64,000 nt of DNA from a virus. Every line of letters begins with the position of its first letter. Positions within the stretch are counted from its first letter, which is position 1. Under the pieces are notes generated by a model, which saw nothing but the letters and a program-made list of their open reading frames with translations, ran no database searches and had not been told where the DNA came from. Positions 25,756 to 36,660 of this stretch are shown here, piece by piece. A program made the position numbers and the translations under genes. The DNA is taken from IMG/VR virus record IMGVR_UViG_3300031963_009547; one strand, given 5' to 3'.

Positions 25756-27234
25756 TTATTTTTTATTAACAATTTGGAACTGAAGTTCTCTTTTATAAGT
25801 ATCTATATTTCTATCGGATACAACTTTTATATCAATAAAATACTCGTTTGGTATTTTGTCTGTGGTGTTGAAAATAAAGTAATACGAATCGGGAGTTTTA
25901 TTAACCCTTGTCCAATCTTGTACTTGTACTTCTGTATTACCACCTTCTTTAACATATACTCTATAATAAGCTTCAATGTTATTTAAAATTTTATTTGAGG
26001 AGTATGCTTGTTTAATTGTAAGATTAACTTTTCTAATGTCTGTATTAAGAATTTGTTCGTTTTGTTTAATACCATCAAATGAGAAACCATAAATTTTTGG
26101 ACTACTTGTGGTTGAGCCAATTTGGTAGTTACCATTTTTGGTTAAAAGTACAAACTCGTTTTGAACATTTGTAATTGTTGTTGAATTTATAGATAGTCCA
26201 CTCCATAAGTCATAATATAAACATGGAATAGTTGTGCCGGTTAATCCACTAACAATTACTTTATACACCCCTTTTGTTACTTGACACGTACTTAAATTAC
26301 TAAACCCTTGTACGACATCCTCATTACTATCTAAGATGTTTACAGTGGGGTTAGAATCCAAATTAACCGCATTACCGTTTTCATAAACGTATAGATATAA
26401 CTCATTTACGTTACCGGCATAAAAAGTATTTCTATCATCATCAATAAAATCATTATAATTTGTTTCTAAAAATGGTTCATAGAATGTTTGTGTATGTGGT
26501 GAAAAGAACCCTACCGAGTAATTTTCGGTCATACCTGAAATGTTTTCTACTTGTGGTAAAAAAGATATTACCCACCCTGCAGGTGCCACCGTACCTCCCG
26601 TAAGTATTGAATTTATTTCATGAGACATGTCAAACTCAATATTTTCATTACCAAACTCAAAGTGTTGGGTGTCAACAACAGTAAGTGCCGAATAGTTTAA
26701 ACCTGTGAGGCCAGTCAATGAGTTAGTATTGTTGTAAATTCCAGGATTTGACCAACCTGATATTGTAGTTGATTCGTACCAATTTGAAGGTCTTGTTGAA
26801 AATGCTCTATCATTTAAATTAGTTATACCAAAATCATAATAATCATACCCAACACCACTATCCCAATTTTGAATTGCCCCTGTTGTTCCTGAATATCTTG
26901 GTATTCTTAAAAGTTGTAAATCAAAAGAAGTTGCTCTTCTTCTACCTTGACTTGTTTTATCATTTAATAATTCATTATCAAAAAATGATGTGTTAGTCAT
27001 ACGAAGAGTATGTGTAATATTTCTACTACATCCCGTTGAAATTATTTTATTATTGAAGTTTTCGGTAAGACCTGATAAATCAATATCAAAAATATATCTA
27101 CTGAAACCGATTGGGTTAGGTTTGTTATTTACAAACCCATAGAATAATTCGACAATAGGATTTCTTGCCGTATTGGTGTACGAATTATAAATGAGAGTAT
27201 TCGACTTATCAAAATAAGACCTATAAATTGACAT
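25756..27234 (-). CDS. putative virion structural protein
   Basis: 492 aa, beta-rich composition, TATTTATA on the minus strand at 27247-27254. Confidence 0.7.
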   Translation of the reverse strand: MSIYRSYFDKSNTLIYNSYTNTARNPIVELFYGFVNNKPNPIGFSRYIFDIDLSGLTENFNNKIISTGCSRNITHTLRMTNTSFFDNELLNDKTSQGRRRATSFDLQLLRIPRYSGTTGAIQNWDSGVGYDYYDFGITNLNDRAFSTRPSNWYESTTISGWSNPGIYNNTNSLTGLTGLNYSALTVVDTQHFEFGNENIEFDMSHEINSILTGGTVAPAGWVISFLPQVENISGMTENYSVGFFSPHTQTFYEPFLETNYNDFIDDDRNTFYAGNVNELYLYVYENGNAVNLDSNPTVNILDSNEDVVQGFSNLSTCQVTKGVYKVIVSGLTGTTIPCLYYDLWSGLSINSTTITNVQNEFVLLTKNGNYQIGSTTSSPKIYGFSFDGIKQNEQILNTDIRKVNLTIKQAYSSNKILNNIEAYYRVYVKEGGNTEVQVQDWTRVNKTPDSYYFIFNTTDKIPNEYFIDIKVVSDRNIDTYKRELQFQIVNKK

Positions 27235-27255
27235 TTGTTTTTTATATATAAATAC

Positions 27256-28821
27256 TTAGTTAAGCCGAATATTACTATTCAAAACTTTTTGATAAGCATT
27301 TAACATAGCAAATGTCAAATCTTCCTTTTTAATATTTGTTATTGTTTGTGATGATGGAGGTAAAAGAGGGTATTCGTGAACGTGGGTTAAACAAAAATTC
27401 ACAATAAGTTGTAATAACTCCAATAACTCTTCACCTCTAACCATAGAAGATGTATTAGGTTCAATCTCATTATCTATTTGTTCTTTTTCTATTCCATAAA
27501 CAGAACCGCCAAAATTGATTTTGTTTTTACCTGGTATTTCAGTTTCGTTTGAAAGTAAATACAATCTTGTTCCTCCTAATAATGCTGCAGAATTATCTGT
27601 TATTTTAGCTGAGGATGAAACATATACGGATTTTTCAATTTCATATGGGATATTAGGTGATAGTTTTGAATCTAAAACTAAACCATAACCTGATTGTATG
27701 TCAGTGTTAGAAATCTTAACCAATGACATCAATTTAACCATATTAGACGAAGCGATTAATTGACTACTATTAGGGTTAGTTGCCAAATCATAAACTTTTT
27801 TTGTTGGTCTATAGTAGAATGGGTATTGTTCGTTTTTTTGAAGATTCGGTGAAAGTAATGATAAAGAAGGATTTGTAATAATACCTTTTAGTGTTTGATT
27901 TATTTGAAGTGATAAGTTTTCAAAATTTAAACCGATTGGTAGGTTAACCATTTTTATCAACTTAACTCCATCGGTACTACCTGTCGTATCTAAAATTGTT
28001 GTTGGATTAAAGTTACCTGTTAAAGTTTTCGCTGCTAGTTTTTCAGTTCTAAGTTGGTAAATATAAATAACCGCGGTAAATGCTGAAAACTGGTTTTCAG
28101 GGTTTATAACATCATACTCCACCAAGTATTTGATTGGTTTTTTATTTTGTACTAGTTTCTCTCTACTTTTTACATCACCAAAACTTGTATCTGTGTTATA
28201 TTTAGAAAGTTGTAAAAATGCTCTCTTTGGTTCTTCATCTGGAAGTTGTCCTGTTGAAAAGTTTTTATGTTTTCCGGCTCTTAATAAAAGTTCACTTTCC
28301 TTGATAACAATATCAGCACTATCTCTACCATTTAAGGATATGTCAACAGGTTCGGGGAATACCCCTTTATTTTTGGCATTTTTGAAAGTACCGTCTTGAT
28401 TTTTAATCGGTGGTAGTCTTTTTGTTGAATTACCGTAACCTGAGTTTAACCTTGTTTGTGAAGATGTACCATCTTCAAATTTTATGGTAGTTGGAGAAGA
28501 AAAGGTACTAATCATGTAGAACCTATTTCTATCTGTTTTTGTGTTAGTGTTATAATAAAATAACATTACTTTTTCTCCTTTTTTTGGTACTTGATTTACA
28601 AAATAAGGTAGAAGAGGTAAATAAATATACGGGTCTGAATCAGACCACGGTCCATTTTTATTCGGGTCATTTGAATTAGGGTCAAAATTAGGTATAGATT
28701 TTTCTAACGCAGCCTGATTAATATTTTCAGGCTCAACCCTAATACGACCTAACATAAGTGGGTCATCACTTGATAAACATGTACCAAAAAAAATCTGTTG
28801 ACCGTCAATATAGTTATTCAT
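27256..28821 (-). CDS. baseplate hub/spike protein (gp5/VgrG-like OB fold with C-terminal HxH)
   Basis: DDPLMLGRIRV...PKKGEKVMLF OB-fold signature; VRGEELLELL...LTHVHEYP spike-type HxH. Confidence 0.65.
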   Translation of the reverse strand: MNNYIDGQQIFFGTCLSSDDPLMLGRIRVEPENINQAALEKSIPNFDPNSNDPNKNGPWSDSDPYIYLPLLPYFVNQVPKKGEKVMLFYYNTNTKTDRNRFYMISTFSSPTTIKFEDGTSSQTRLNSGYGNSTKRLPPIKNQDGTFKNAKNKGVFPEPVDISLNGRDSADIVIKESELLLRAGKHKNFSTGQLPDEEPKRAFLQLSKYNTDTSFGDVKSREKLVQNKKPIKYLVEYDVINPENQFSAFTAVIYIYQLRTEKLAAKTLTGNFNPTTILDTTGSTDGVKLIKMVNLPIGLNFENLSLQINQTLKGIITNPSLSLLSPNLQKNEQYPFYYRPTKKVYDLATNPNSSQLIASSNMVKLMSLVKISNTDIQSGYGLVLDSKLSPNIPYEIEKSVYVSSSAKITDNSAALLGGTRLYLLSNETEIPGKNKINFGGSVYGIEKEQIDNEIEPNTSSMVRGEELLELLQLIVNFCLTHVHEYPLLPPSSQTITNIKKEDLTFAMLNAYQKVLNSNIRLN

Positions 28822-29014
28822 TCAGTCTCTTTTTATATTCATCATAAATTTTATTATACTCCTTTTCAGTGGTATCTAAATGATGTGTTAATTTTATTAA
28901 TAATTCTTTGGTTTTTTCAAAATCTTCTTTTAAAAAATCCATAGCAGTAACCAAACTTTTATTTGGTTTATTTTTATAGTCGTTAATTATGTTTTTTATT
29001 TCTTCTAATTCCAT
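28814..29014 (-). CDS. small coiled-coil protein
   Basis: Start moved to MELEEIK (29014), just after the upstream stop. Confidence 0.65.
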   Translation of the reverse strand: MELEEIKNIINDYKNKPNKSLVTAMDFLKEDFEKTKELLIKLTHHLDTTEKEYNKIYDEYKKRLNE

Positions 29015-29015
29015 T

Positions 29016-31010
29016 TTAATACGATTTACCATATCCTTTTGTTGGTTTAGTAATACCCGCACCAAGAGGAGTAACAACAACCTTTAGTGGTGGGATAAAT
29101 ACTTCAGTTTTTCCATTTTCTGCCTGCTCTTGGTTCATACCTTTTATTATACCTTCGAAAGCTTGATTCATCCTGTTTGGTGAACCATCTGGTGCGTCTC
29201 CTGTTGGTAATCCCGATTTTTGTAAATTCTCAATCACATTTGCAAATGCCCTTGTATCAGATACACCACCAAGTAATTTAGATGCGGCCAATGCAAACAT
29301 AGGTAATCCTAAGTTTAATTGTGTGAGACCTAAATTTAACAGTTTTAAAATTTCATCAATAACACTCTTACAATTTCTAAAGTCAATAAACGCTTGACCT
29401 ACTATTAGTAATGCGTATAAAATTGAAGAATACATTTGAAGTTGTTTGTTTTTAGCCTCTTTTACTATATCAGAAATAATACCCTCAACCAACTTCTTAA
29501 TGTCCCTTTTAACTATTTTAAAAAGTTCCTCAACAAATAACGCATAAATTCTTCTAATAAAATTTACATTAAACTTTCTAAACGTTTTCATAAATTGAGT
29601 TAAATCATCGTAAGCATCATCTAATGTTTGGGATAGGTTACTATTAATAGCCTTTACCATAATTAAAAAACCTAACATTGTTTTTGGTGATAAAACACTT
29701 CTATATATAATTTTAGCCATTTCGGTAATTACTTTAAAATCAATATCACCTTTTATATTCAAATCAATACCAATTCCAGGAACTAAGTTTGACCATTCCG
29801 GATTTTTTGACATGTCATCCAATGCAGACTCAATTAAATCAATTTGTCCTGATGGGTTGTTTTCTGTAATAACTTCGTCTAACGCACTAAGCATTGCACC
29901 ACTATTGATTGGTAGTTTCACACCCTCACACGATTCAAATTCAACAACCCCATTTGAAACGTTATTAATTTGATTCTCGATGTTTCTTAATTCTTGATTT
30001 GATATTTCGAAAAAATTATCGTCAATTAGGTCCAAATCATTTAATTTCGCATTACCACCAGTATCTATTGTTTTTGTTGGGTCTGAACAAATACCTGTAA
30101 TTCTTTTTATTATTAAATCAAATTTTCTTTGTTCTCTTAATTTGTCAGTCGATAATTTTAAATCAAAATCAAACGACCCGAAAATTATGTTAAGTAATTC
30201 CGTAAAAATCGAATTAATACCCAATACTTCAAGACTATCATAATAGTCAAATAAAAAATTAGAAACTGTTGCGGTATTGTTAAGTTGTGGCTTTAAAGTG
30301 ATTTTGTAGTAATCTCCAAAATTAGTTGGGTTGACCGCAGGATAAAATTGAACGTACTCTATATCAAAAAGTTCTTGACCTGACGCTCCAACATAACTTG
30401 AACCAAATTGAGTTTGATAAGATTGACCTAAATTTTGTAATCTTGAGTATAACTCTCTATTCATACTATATGGAACGGTACCTACAGGTGTGTCATCTTT
30501 TTCATAATAATATTTAGCAACTTCGTCATCGGGTGAATAAATTAAACGTTTAAATAAGTCAATCTGACTTACCTTAATATACAACTCCTGATTAACTTTA
30601 TCTTCATACGATTGTTCTTCTGAACAACCTATAGTCCCAATAATTTCATCCACTAAAATACTTTTAACTTTTCCTTTAGTATTTTGAGCAGCCTCTAAAA
30701 ATACTCGTCTTACAGTATCTATTGCTTTATTTTCTGACGGTGGGAAAGTTTGTTTAAGTAATTCTAAAAGTTGTTCTAATTGCCCCTTTATTTCACTTTT
30801 AACATCGTTCTTTATCTTGTTACTGAATGTTGTACCTGATTTTTCAAGCTCACTGATTTGTTTTACAACATCACTTTTTTTCTTATCAACAGAGGATTGT
30901 GCTTTTTCTTTTTGTTTTATTGCATTATTTTTTTTAGACTCTTTTGTGGTCTGATAAGCGCTAATTTTATCACTAGCCTTTTTGTAATCATTTGATAAAT
31001 CAAGACCCAT
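29016..31010 (-). CDS. large hypothetical protein, probably structural
   Basis: 664-aa ORF in an operon with the spike-like gene. Confidence 0.7.
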   Translation of the reverse strand: MGLDLSNDYKKASDKISAYQTTKESKKNNAIKQKEKAQSSVDKKKSDVVKQISELEKSGTTFSNKIKNDVKSEIKGQLEQLLELLKQTFPPSENKAIDTVRRVFLEAAQNTKGKVKSILVDEIIGTIGCSEEQSYEDKVNQELYIKVSQIDLFKRLIYSPDDEVAKYYYEKDDTPVGTVPYSMNRELYSRLQNLGQSYQTQFGSSYVGASGQELFDIEYVQFYPAVNPTNFGDYYKITLKPQLNNTATVSNFLFDYYDSLEVLGINSIFTELLNIIFGSFDFDLKLSTDKLREQRKFDLIIKRITGICSDPTKTIDTGGNAKLNDLDLIDDNFFEISNQELRNIENQINNVSNGVVEFESCEGVKLPINSGAMLSALDEVITENNPSGQIDLIESALDDMSKNPEWSNLVPGIGIDLNIKGDIDFKVITEMAKIIYRSVLSPKTMLGFLIMVKAINSNLSQTLDDAYDDLTQFMKTFRKFNVNFIRRIYALFVEELFKIVKRDIKKLVEGIISDIVKEAKNKQLQMYSSILYALLIVGQAFIDFRNCKSVIDEILKLLNLGLTQLNLGLPMFALAASKLLGGVSDTRAFANVIENLQKSGLPTGDAPDGSPNRMNQAFEGIIKGMNQEQAENGKTEVFIPPLKVVVTPLGAGITKPTKGYGKSY

Positions 31011-31378
31011 TATAGTTGATAATTTTGACCTTTACTATTATCTACATCTTTTTGTATTAAAGATTGTAGAGTATCTTCATCCATATCAGATAAACTGAAC
31101 GATTCTTCTTTACTATTATTTGATTTCTCCCAAATACTAGACTGTAATTTAGACAGACTCAATTTTTTTTCAATAGTATCATTAATAATTTTTTGTTGTT
31201 CTTTAATAACGGGACCTATTACTGTCATGTCTTCCGCATCTTTCAAAAGTGCCAACATTTTATTTTGTATACGAATTGCCGTAGACCTTTGCTCGACTAA
31301 TTCATTATATATTTCTTGCATTAAACCTAATACAGAATCTTTGTTTAAACTTATTTCTTTTTTTCTTGCTCTATTCAT
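31010..31378 (-). CDS. coiled-coil hypothetical protein
   Basis: 122 aa; TATTTAT on the minus strand at 31383-31389. Confidence 0.7.
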   Translation of the reverse strand: MNRARKKEISLNKDSVLGLMQEIYNELVEQRSTAIRIQNKMLALLKDAEDMTVIGPVIKEQQKIINDTIEKKLSLSKLQSSIWEKSNNSKEESFSLSDMDEDTLQSLIQKDVDNSKGQNYQL

Positions 31379-31394
31379 ATCAATAAATATTTGT

Positions 31395-32147
31395 CTATTG
31401 ATTATGTATTTTTTTTAAAGTTTCCAAATAAAGAGTTTTGTACTTTTTTAAGTAAGTTCTTATTTCTTTTGTATTAAGATTCGTCATTTCTCTTAATGTT
31501 AGTAATACTATATTTTTGTTAAACTTATTATTATCGTTCCCAATAAAAATATTACCATAGTCATCAAAAAGTTCTATAAGTGCGTAACCTAATTTACTTT
31601 CATTATCTTGTAATTCTGTGTTACCAACATATAACTTTAAATCAACTAAAAATTTGTCAATTATTTTCTCGGCATCTATTTTTTCAAACTCCAAATAATA
31701 AACCATATCGGGTCTATTTTCTAATGCACTAGATATATCTTCATAGGAAATTTTACGATTCATTTCCTTTTGGTCTTTTAATATCTGACCCATCAAATAG
31801 TTTTTACAAATAGTACCAAAATAAGAATAAGCCTTCTTGTTTTTAGCTGGCTTAAACTTATCCACTTTTGTCATCAAAAAAGAGTGGGTGTCCGTATGGA
31901 TATCGTTATAATCCATATCTTTTCTGTATAACTTATACCTTCTTATGATTGATTCAATCATCTTATCAAGAGGTTCCCTTAGAAATTCATTATATATAAT
32001 TTCTTTTTCGTATTTAGTTTCTGCTATTATATATGCTTTAACCGCCTCTTCTTCACGTACATCAAAGTAATTATTATTTTTTACTTTTTTTTCCGTCTTT
32101 TTCTCTTCGTATGTAACTTCTGTTATAGTTGCAGACGATATAGTCAT
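31395..32147 (-). CDS. RNA polymerase sigma factor for late transcription (gp55-like)
   Basis: KVDKFKPAKNKKAYSYFGTICKNYL resembles sigma region 2 of gp55-like factors; no clear region 4. Confidence 0.65.
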   Translation of the reverse strand: MTISSATITEVTYEEKKTEKKVKNNNYFDVREEEAVKAYIIAETKYEKEIIYNEFLREPLDKMIESIIRRYKLYRKDMDYNDIHTDTHSFLMTKVDKFKPAKNKKAYSYFGTICKNYLMGQILKDQKEMNRKISYEDISSALENRPDMVYYLEFEKIDAEKIIDKFLVDLKLYVGNTELQDNESKLGYALIELFDDYGNIFIGNDNNKFNKNIVLLTLREMTNLNTKEIRTYLKKYKTLYLETLKKIHNQ

Positions 32148-32953
32148 TAGTTTTCTTGTGGTTCATATTTTATATTTCTATCCATGGTGAAGAAATGTTC
32201 TTTTTTTGCTGATTCAATCCAAAAAGAAACTTCATCATCAGTAATTGAATTTTGACCATTTTTATAACTCCAAAAGATGGAACCCTCTCTAAAATTCATG
32301 TGCTTATACCCAATTCTAGGGATTGTCATAATCTGAGCTGAATTGTAAGTTAGTCTTAACAAAAACTCATAAACAAATGTTAATTTGAACGAAGATTTAA
32401 ATCCACCATTGTCAGAGTAAGTTGATTTTTTAATTACCATTCCACTTGTTTGAAAGTTTTGGTAGTTCATTAATACGTCATTTGTTAAATAACCTATTTC
32501 TGAATTTAAACTCGCAGCAAATGTCGCCTCATTTGTAAAACCAACAAACATACCCTTTTCATCAGTATCAACAACTAGTGGTAAAAATGCATCAACTTCA
32601 GGGTAAGACTCGATAAATCTTTTTACATTTTTAAACCAAATAGTAGAATACTCATCATCAAATTCTAAAATTGAAATATATTCACCATTTGAATTCTCAA
32701 CACCTAAGTTAACTTGAGTACTAAAATCTGTCTTACCTTTATTTTCTACAAAATTTACAGTTAGACCACTGTAATCAAATTTATTTAATACTTCTTTTAA
32801 ACCATCCTCATCAGAATGTACTACGATAACTTCTAAAGGACTTGTATGTTGAATTTGAACAGACTTAATTGCTCTTTCATAAAATGTTTCAAAATCCCTT
32901 TGTTTAGATGAATTAATTGGGATTATTACTGATACGTTTAGATTATTTTCCAT
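32147..32953 (-). CDS. glycosyltransferase family 2
   Basis: VSVIIPI, QVNLGV...GEYISILEFDD. Confidence 0.8.
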   Translation of the reverse strand: MENNLNVSVIIPINSSKQRDFETFYERAIKSVQIQHTSPLEVIVVHSDEDGLKEVLNKFDYSGLTVNFVENKGKTDFSTQVNLGVENSNGEYISILEFDDEYSTIWFKNVKRFIESYPEVDAFLPLVVDTDEKGMFVGFTNEATFAASLNSEIGYLTNDVLMNYQNFQTSGMVIKKSTYSDNGGFKSSFKLTFVYEFLLRLTYNSAQIMTIPRIGYKHMNFREGSIFWSYKNGQNSITDDEVSFWIESAKKEHFFTMDRNIKYEPQEN

Positions 32954-32954
32954 G

Positions 32955-34022
32955 TTATTTACTTTCTTCTGTTACATTTAGTTTATCCAATTGTTCTTGG
33001 AATGCGTTAAGTCTTGAGGTAAAGAATTCTTCAAAAAGTTCCAATACTTTTGACTCGAATTTATTTTTGTTTTGATAGTTTGATGATGTTGTAGACATAT
33101 TCTCATAAAGTGTTTCTGAAATATTATCTTCCAACCAATTTTGAATGAAATTTGCAACAACGTCAACAATTTCGTTAAATTGATTAGTCCAAACACCATT
33201 CTCTTCATTCATCCATTCAGGTACCATATTAGGTACTTTTGCAATAACTGGTGTTCCGCTTACCATTGATTCCAATGGGTAGGTACCAAATGATGACTCA
33301 TTATCAACCCATACACTTAAAAATGACTCCTTTAAGAATTTAGAAAAATCACTGATAGAAATACCTCTCATATCTCTAAAAGTAATCCATCTATATTGTG
33401 GATATTTCAAATAGAACGTTTTAATAATTTTTGCAGTGTCCCTTTGGTCTCTTGTATGAATTGAAATAATAGGTTTAGATGGTTTTTCTTTTTTAGAAAA
33501 AACCTCATCAATATAAGGTTCTAAAACATCAATACTTACATTTTTCATTACTTCTGAAATATATTCTTTTTGTTTTTCAGAAGTAGTTATTGCTTTATAA
33601 AATCCTAATTGAGGCCATGTAACACCCGGAGCTAAAGTTTCCAACATATGGTCATATGCCTGACATAAAACTATTTTACCACAAGGTAAGTTTTTAATTT
33701 GTTCCATAACGTGACCATAAAGTTCCGGTAATACAATCATATCTTCAGGTGAAATAGATAAGTTTTGACCGTCGATAGACTGATGTGGTAACTCCATATA
33801 TTTTTCATTCAACCACGAAGAAACACCTTCATAATCTGTTGTTTCGTGAATTATAATTGGATTATATCCTGAATTTTTTAAGGTTAGTGCCATATCATAG
33901 ATATATTTAATACTAGCCTTTGGGTTACCTTTTGTATCTTGTACTAAAAAATAAATTCTAGCCGTTTTTTCTTTAAGGTTATTAACTGAACCCTCAATCT
34001 TTTTTATTTTTTCTAAATCCAT
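32955..34022 (-). CDS. GT-B (family 4-like) glycosyltransferase
   Basis: ESSFGTYPLESMVSGTPVI (E-x7-E-like motif). Confidence 0.75.
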   Translation of the reverse strand: MDLEKIKKIEGSVNNLKEKTARIYFLVQDTKGNPKASIKYIYDMALTLKNSGYNPIIIHETTDYEGVSSWLNEKYMELPHQSIDGQNLSISPEDMIVLPELYGHVMEQIKNLPCGKIVLCQAYDHMLETLAPGVTWPQLGFYKAITTSEKQKEYISEVMKNVSIDVLEPYIDEVFSKKEKPSKPIISIHTRDQRDTAKIIKTFYLKYPQYRWITFRDMRGISISDFSKFLKESFLSVWVDNESSFGTYPLESMVSGTPVIAKVPNMVPEWMNEENGVWTNQFNEIVDVVANFIQNWLEDNISETLYENMSTTSSNYQNKNKFESKVLELFEEFFTSRLNAFQEQLDKLNVTEESK

Positions 34023-34025
34023 TTT

Positions 34026-34307
34026 TTAAAATTTTTTGATTATTTTATTTAATAATAAAGTATTAAAAGAAATTTTGAATGGTATTGATAAATCTTTAGT
34101 ACTATGAATACCCAAATTTTCATCCACACCTTCTCTTTCCGATAGGACAATTTCCATTAATAACTTAAATGTTTCATATCTTGTTACGCTAATTTGTTCA
34201 TTTTCAGTGTCGCCAGATGGTACCGCAATTTTTGAACTATTTATACTTACTTGTGTTTCTAATTCGTCCACATCAAAGTAGTAATTCTCACCCCAAAGTT
34301 GTATCAT
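34026..34307 (-). CDS. hypothetical protein
   Basis: 93-aa ORF within the operon. Confidence 0.65.
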   Translation of the reverse strand: MIQLWGENYYFDVDELETQVSINSSKIAVPSGDTENEQISVTRYETFKLLMEIVLSEREGVDENLGIHSTKDLSIPFKISFNTLLLNKIIKKF

Positions 34308-34956
34308 TCTCTAATTTTTTTATTATTTCATCAAAGTCTCCCAACTTTTCTATTTTATAATCACACTCAATACTTACGTTATAGTCAGTGAGATATTGGA
34401 TTGTAGTTTTATGTTGTGGTACCTTAGTTAATATATTAGGATTTGCAGTTAATAAGATATCTATAGTATCCCACATATTATCTAAAGTTGAGTTTGAATA
34501 GAATTTAATATTTTCTATTAAACATCCAAATTTAGATAAGAAAAATAAAGTCGCCGGTTTTGATTTACCAATTTCATCAGATACAACATAAATCTCATAT
34601 TTGTCACGATTGTTTAAATAAAAATCATTTAAATCATTAAATGTAAAAGTTTCAGTAGAACCTGCATGACCAAACAATTGCATAGGGAAATCTTCAAACA
34701 TAAAATCATATAATTCCTCATCAGATTTGAATTTAAAATGGTTTTTTAATTCAAATGTATTGATAGGTTCGATAATTTCATAAATAAATTCGTCCTCAAC
34801 CTTATCAATTGATGTGTTACCAGACATATCCATGGTAAATGTTTGATTTGAATTTTCAGACTCATAATTTTCAATCATATGTTTTTCATATAATTGTCTA
34901 AACTTGCCAAATGTATCCCTTAAAACACCATTAACTTCAATCCCTATTCTCTTCAT
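34288..34956 (-). CDS. degenerate HAD-fold protein (5'(3')-deoxyribonucleotidase-like)
   Basis: RIGIEVNGVLRD matches HAD motif I with DxD replaced by ExN. Confidence 0.5.
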   Translation of the reverse strand: MKRIGIEVNGVLRDTFGKFRQLYEKHMIENYESENSNQTFTMDMSGNTSIDKVEDEFIYEIIEPINTFELKNHFKFKSDEELYDFMFEDFPMQLFGHAGSTETFTFNDLNDFYLNNRDKYEIYVVSDEIGKSKPATLFFLSKFGCLIENIKFYSNSTLDNMWDTIDILLTANPNILTKVPQHKTTIQYLTDYNVSIECDYKIEKLGDFDEIIKKLENDTTLG

Positions 34957-35674
34957 CGTATTTTTCTAATATTTTACTGATTAATGGGTTTCTTACGTTT
35001 TTAGCGTTTCTAAAATCATACACACCCACATCATTTATATTTTTGAACCTTTGTAAAGCATCATAAAGACCTGATTGTTTTTTGTCTTTATAACGGTCAG
35101 TTTGTTCTAAATCTCCTGATATAAAGAACTTACTATTAAACCCTATCCTTGTCAATAGTAATTTCATTTGATTTGGAGTTGCGTTTTGAGCTTCTTCAAA
35201 AATTAGAATGGAATTGTCGATATTCATACCTCTCATATAGGCTAAAGCAAATACCTCAATTATTTCAGCTTCTTTAAGTTTTTCTCTCGCCTCTTTACCT
35301 ATAATTTTATTTAATAGGTAATATGAAGGAAAAATGTAAGGGTCTAATTTTTCTTCCAAGTTACCTGGTAACGAACCCAGTTTTTCTTCAGCTTCAACTG
35401 CTGGTCTAACGATGATTAGTTTTTCATAAGAATTATTAGGGTCCATTAGTAGGTCAACCGCCGCTCTCATGGAAATAAAACTTTTACCAACACCTGCGGG
35501 ACCTGAACATATTGTGATTTGATTAGACATCAATATGTCATAATACTCTTTTTGATTGTCTGATAAGAATTTATTTTTTTGTTTTCTTTTAATAACTGAA
35601 TTTATGTAATCCTTTTTTGTGATTGTTTTAGGTATTACTGGTTCTTCTGGTTGAGTTATTTTTTTTCTTGTCAT
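34937..35674 (-). CDS. phoH: PhoH-like ATPase
   Basis: GPAGVGKS, RPAVEAEEKLGSLPG, AYMRG, EEAQN, LTRIG...GDLEQTD. Confidence 0.93.
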   Translation of the reverse strand: MTRKKITQPEEPVIPKTITKKDYINSVIKRKQKNKFLSDNQKEYYDILMSNQITICSGPAGVGKSFISMRAAVDLLMDPNNSYEKLIIVRPAVEAEEKLGSLPGNLEEKLDPYIFPSYYLLNKIIGKEAREKLKEAEIIEVFALAYMRGMNIDNSILIFEEAQNATPNQMKLLLTRIGFNSKFFISGDLEQTDRYKDKKQSGLYDALQRFKNINDVGVYDFRNAKNVRNPLISKILEKYDEENRD

Positions 35675-35682
35675 TTAATTAT

Positions 35683-36660
35683 TTATTTATTTTTATAGTA
35701 ATCCATCCAATACTCAATCATCTCATCTAACATAGATTCAAAAGTATATTTTGGATTCCAATTTAATCCATCTCTCAATTTTGATGAATCTCCTTTTAAA
35801 TTATATAACTCTTCAGGTCTGAAATGTTTCTCATCAATTACTATGTATTCACTATAATCTAATCCTAATGAACTAAATACGTAACTACATAAGTCTTGTA
35901 CCGAATGTGATATTCCTGTAGAACAAACGTAGTCTTCAGGTTTATCTGATTGTAGCATCAACCACATTGCTTCGACATAATCTTTAGCATGTCCCCAATC
36001 TCTTGTTGCATCTAAATTACCAATATTTAATTTTTCTTGTAAACCTAAACTAATTCTAACTGCTGCTTTAACAACTTTATTTGTTACAAAGTTTGTCCCT
36101 CTTCTTGGTGACTCGTGGTTAAACAAAATACCATTCCATATTTTCATACCATATGAATTGCGATAGTTTCGACAAATGTTGTATGAAAATACCTTAGCAC
36201 ATCCATAAGGCGATACTGGATTCATCGGTGTTGTTTCTCTTTGAAACCCATCTTCATCGATAGTATTTCCAAACATTTCAGATGACGATGCTTGGTAAAT
36301 TTTAATATCTTTATTTAATAGTTTTACCGCCTCCAATAAATTAAGAGTTCCAAGACCCGTTACATTTGCGGTGTAGATTGGTTGGTCAAAAGATATTCTT
36401 ACATGTGATTGTGCGGCCAAATTATAAATTTCAATTGGTTTAACTTCTTGTATTACTCTTGTAAGTGAAGATAAATCAGTTAAATCCGCATAGTGTAAAT
36501 GTAATTTATCGAATACGTCATCTAATCTACTTGTTTGATTTTCCGATACTGAATTTCTCTTTAATGTTCCGTGAACTTCATATCCTTTTTCTAAAAGAAA
36601 TTCTGCAAGATACGAACCATCCTGTCCGTTTATTCCTGTTATTAGTGCTACTTTTTTCAT
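35683..36660 (-). CDS. gmd: GDP-mannose 4,6-dehydratase
   Basis: LITGINGQDGSYLAE, NLAAQSHV, QASSSEMFG, FNHESPRRG, RDWGHAKDYV. Confidence 0.95.
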   Translation of the reverse strand: MKKVALITGINGQDGSYLAEFLLEKGYEVHGTLKRNSVSENQTSRLDDVFDKLHLHYADLTDLSSLTRVIQEVKPIEIYNLAAQSHVRISFDQPIYTANVTGLGTLNLLEAVKLLNKDIKIYQASSSEMFGNTIDEDGFQRETTPMNPVSPYGCAKVFSYNICRNYRNSYGMKIWNGILFNHESPRRGTNFVTNKVVKAAVRISLGLQEKLNIGNLDATRDWGHAKDYVEAMWLMLQSDKPEDYVCSTGISHSVQDLCSYVFSSLGLDYSEYIVIDEKHFRPEELYNLKGDSSKLRDGLNWNPKYTFESMLDEMIEYWMDYYKNK

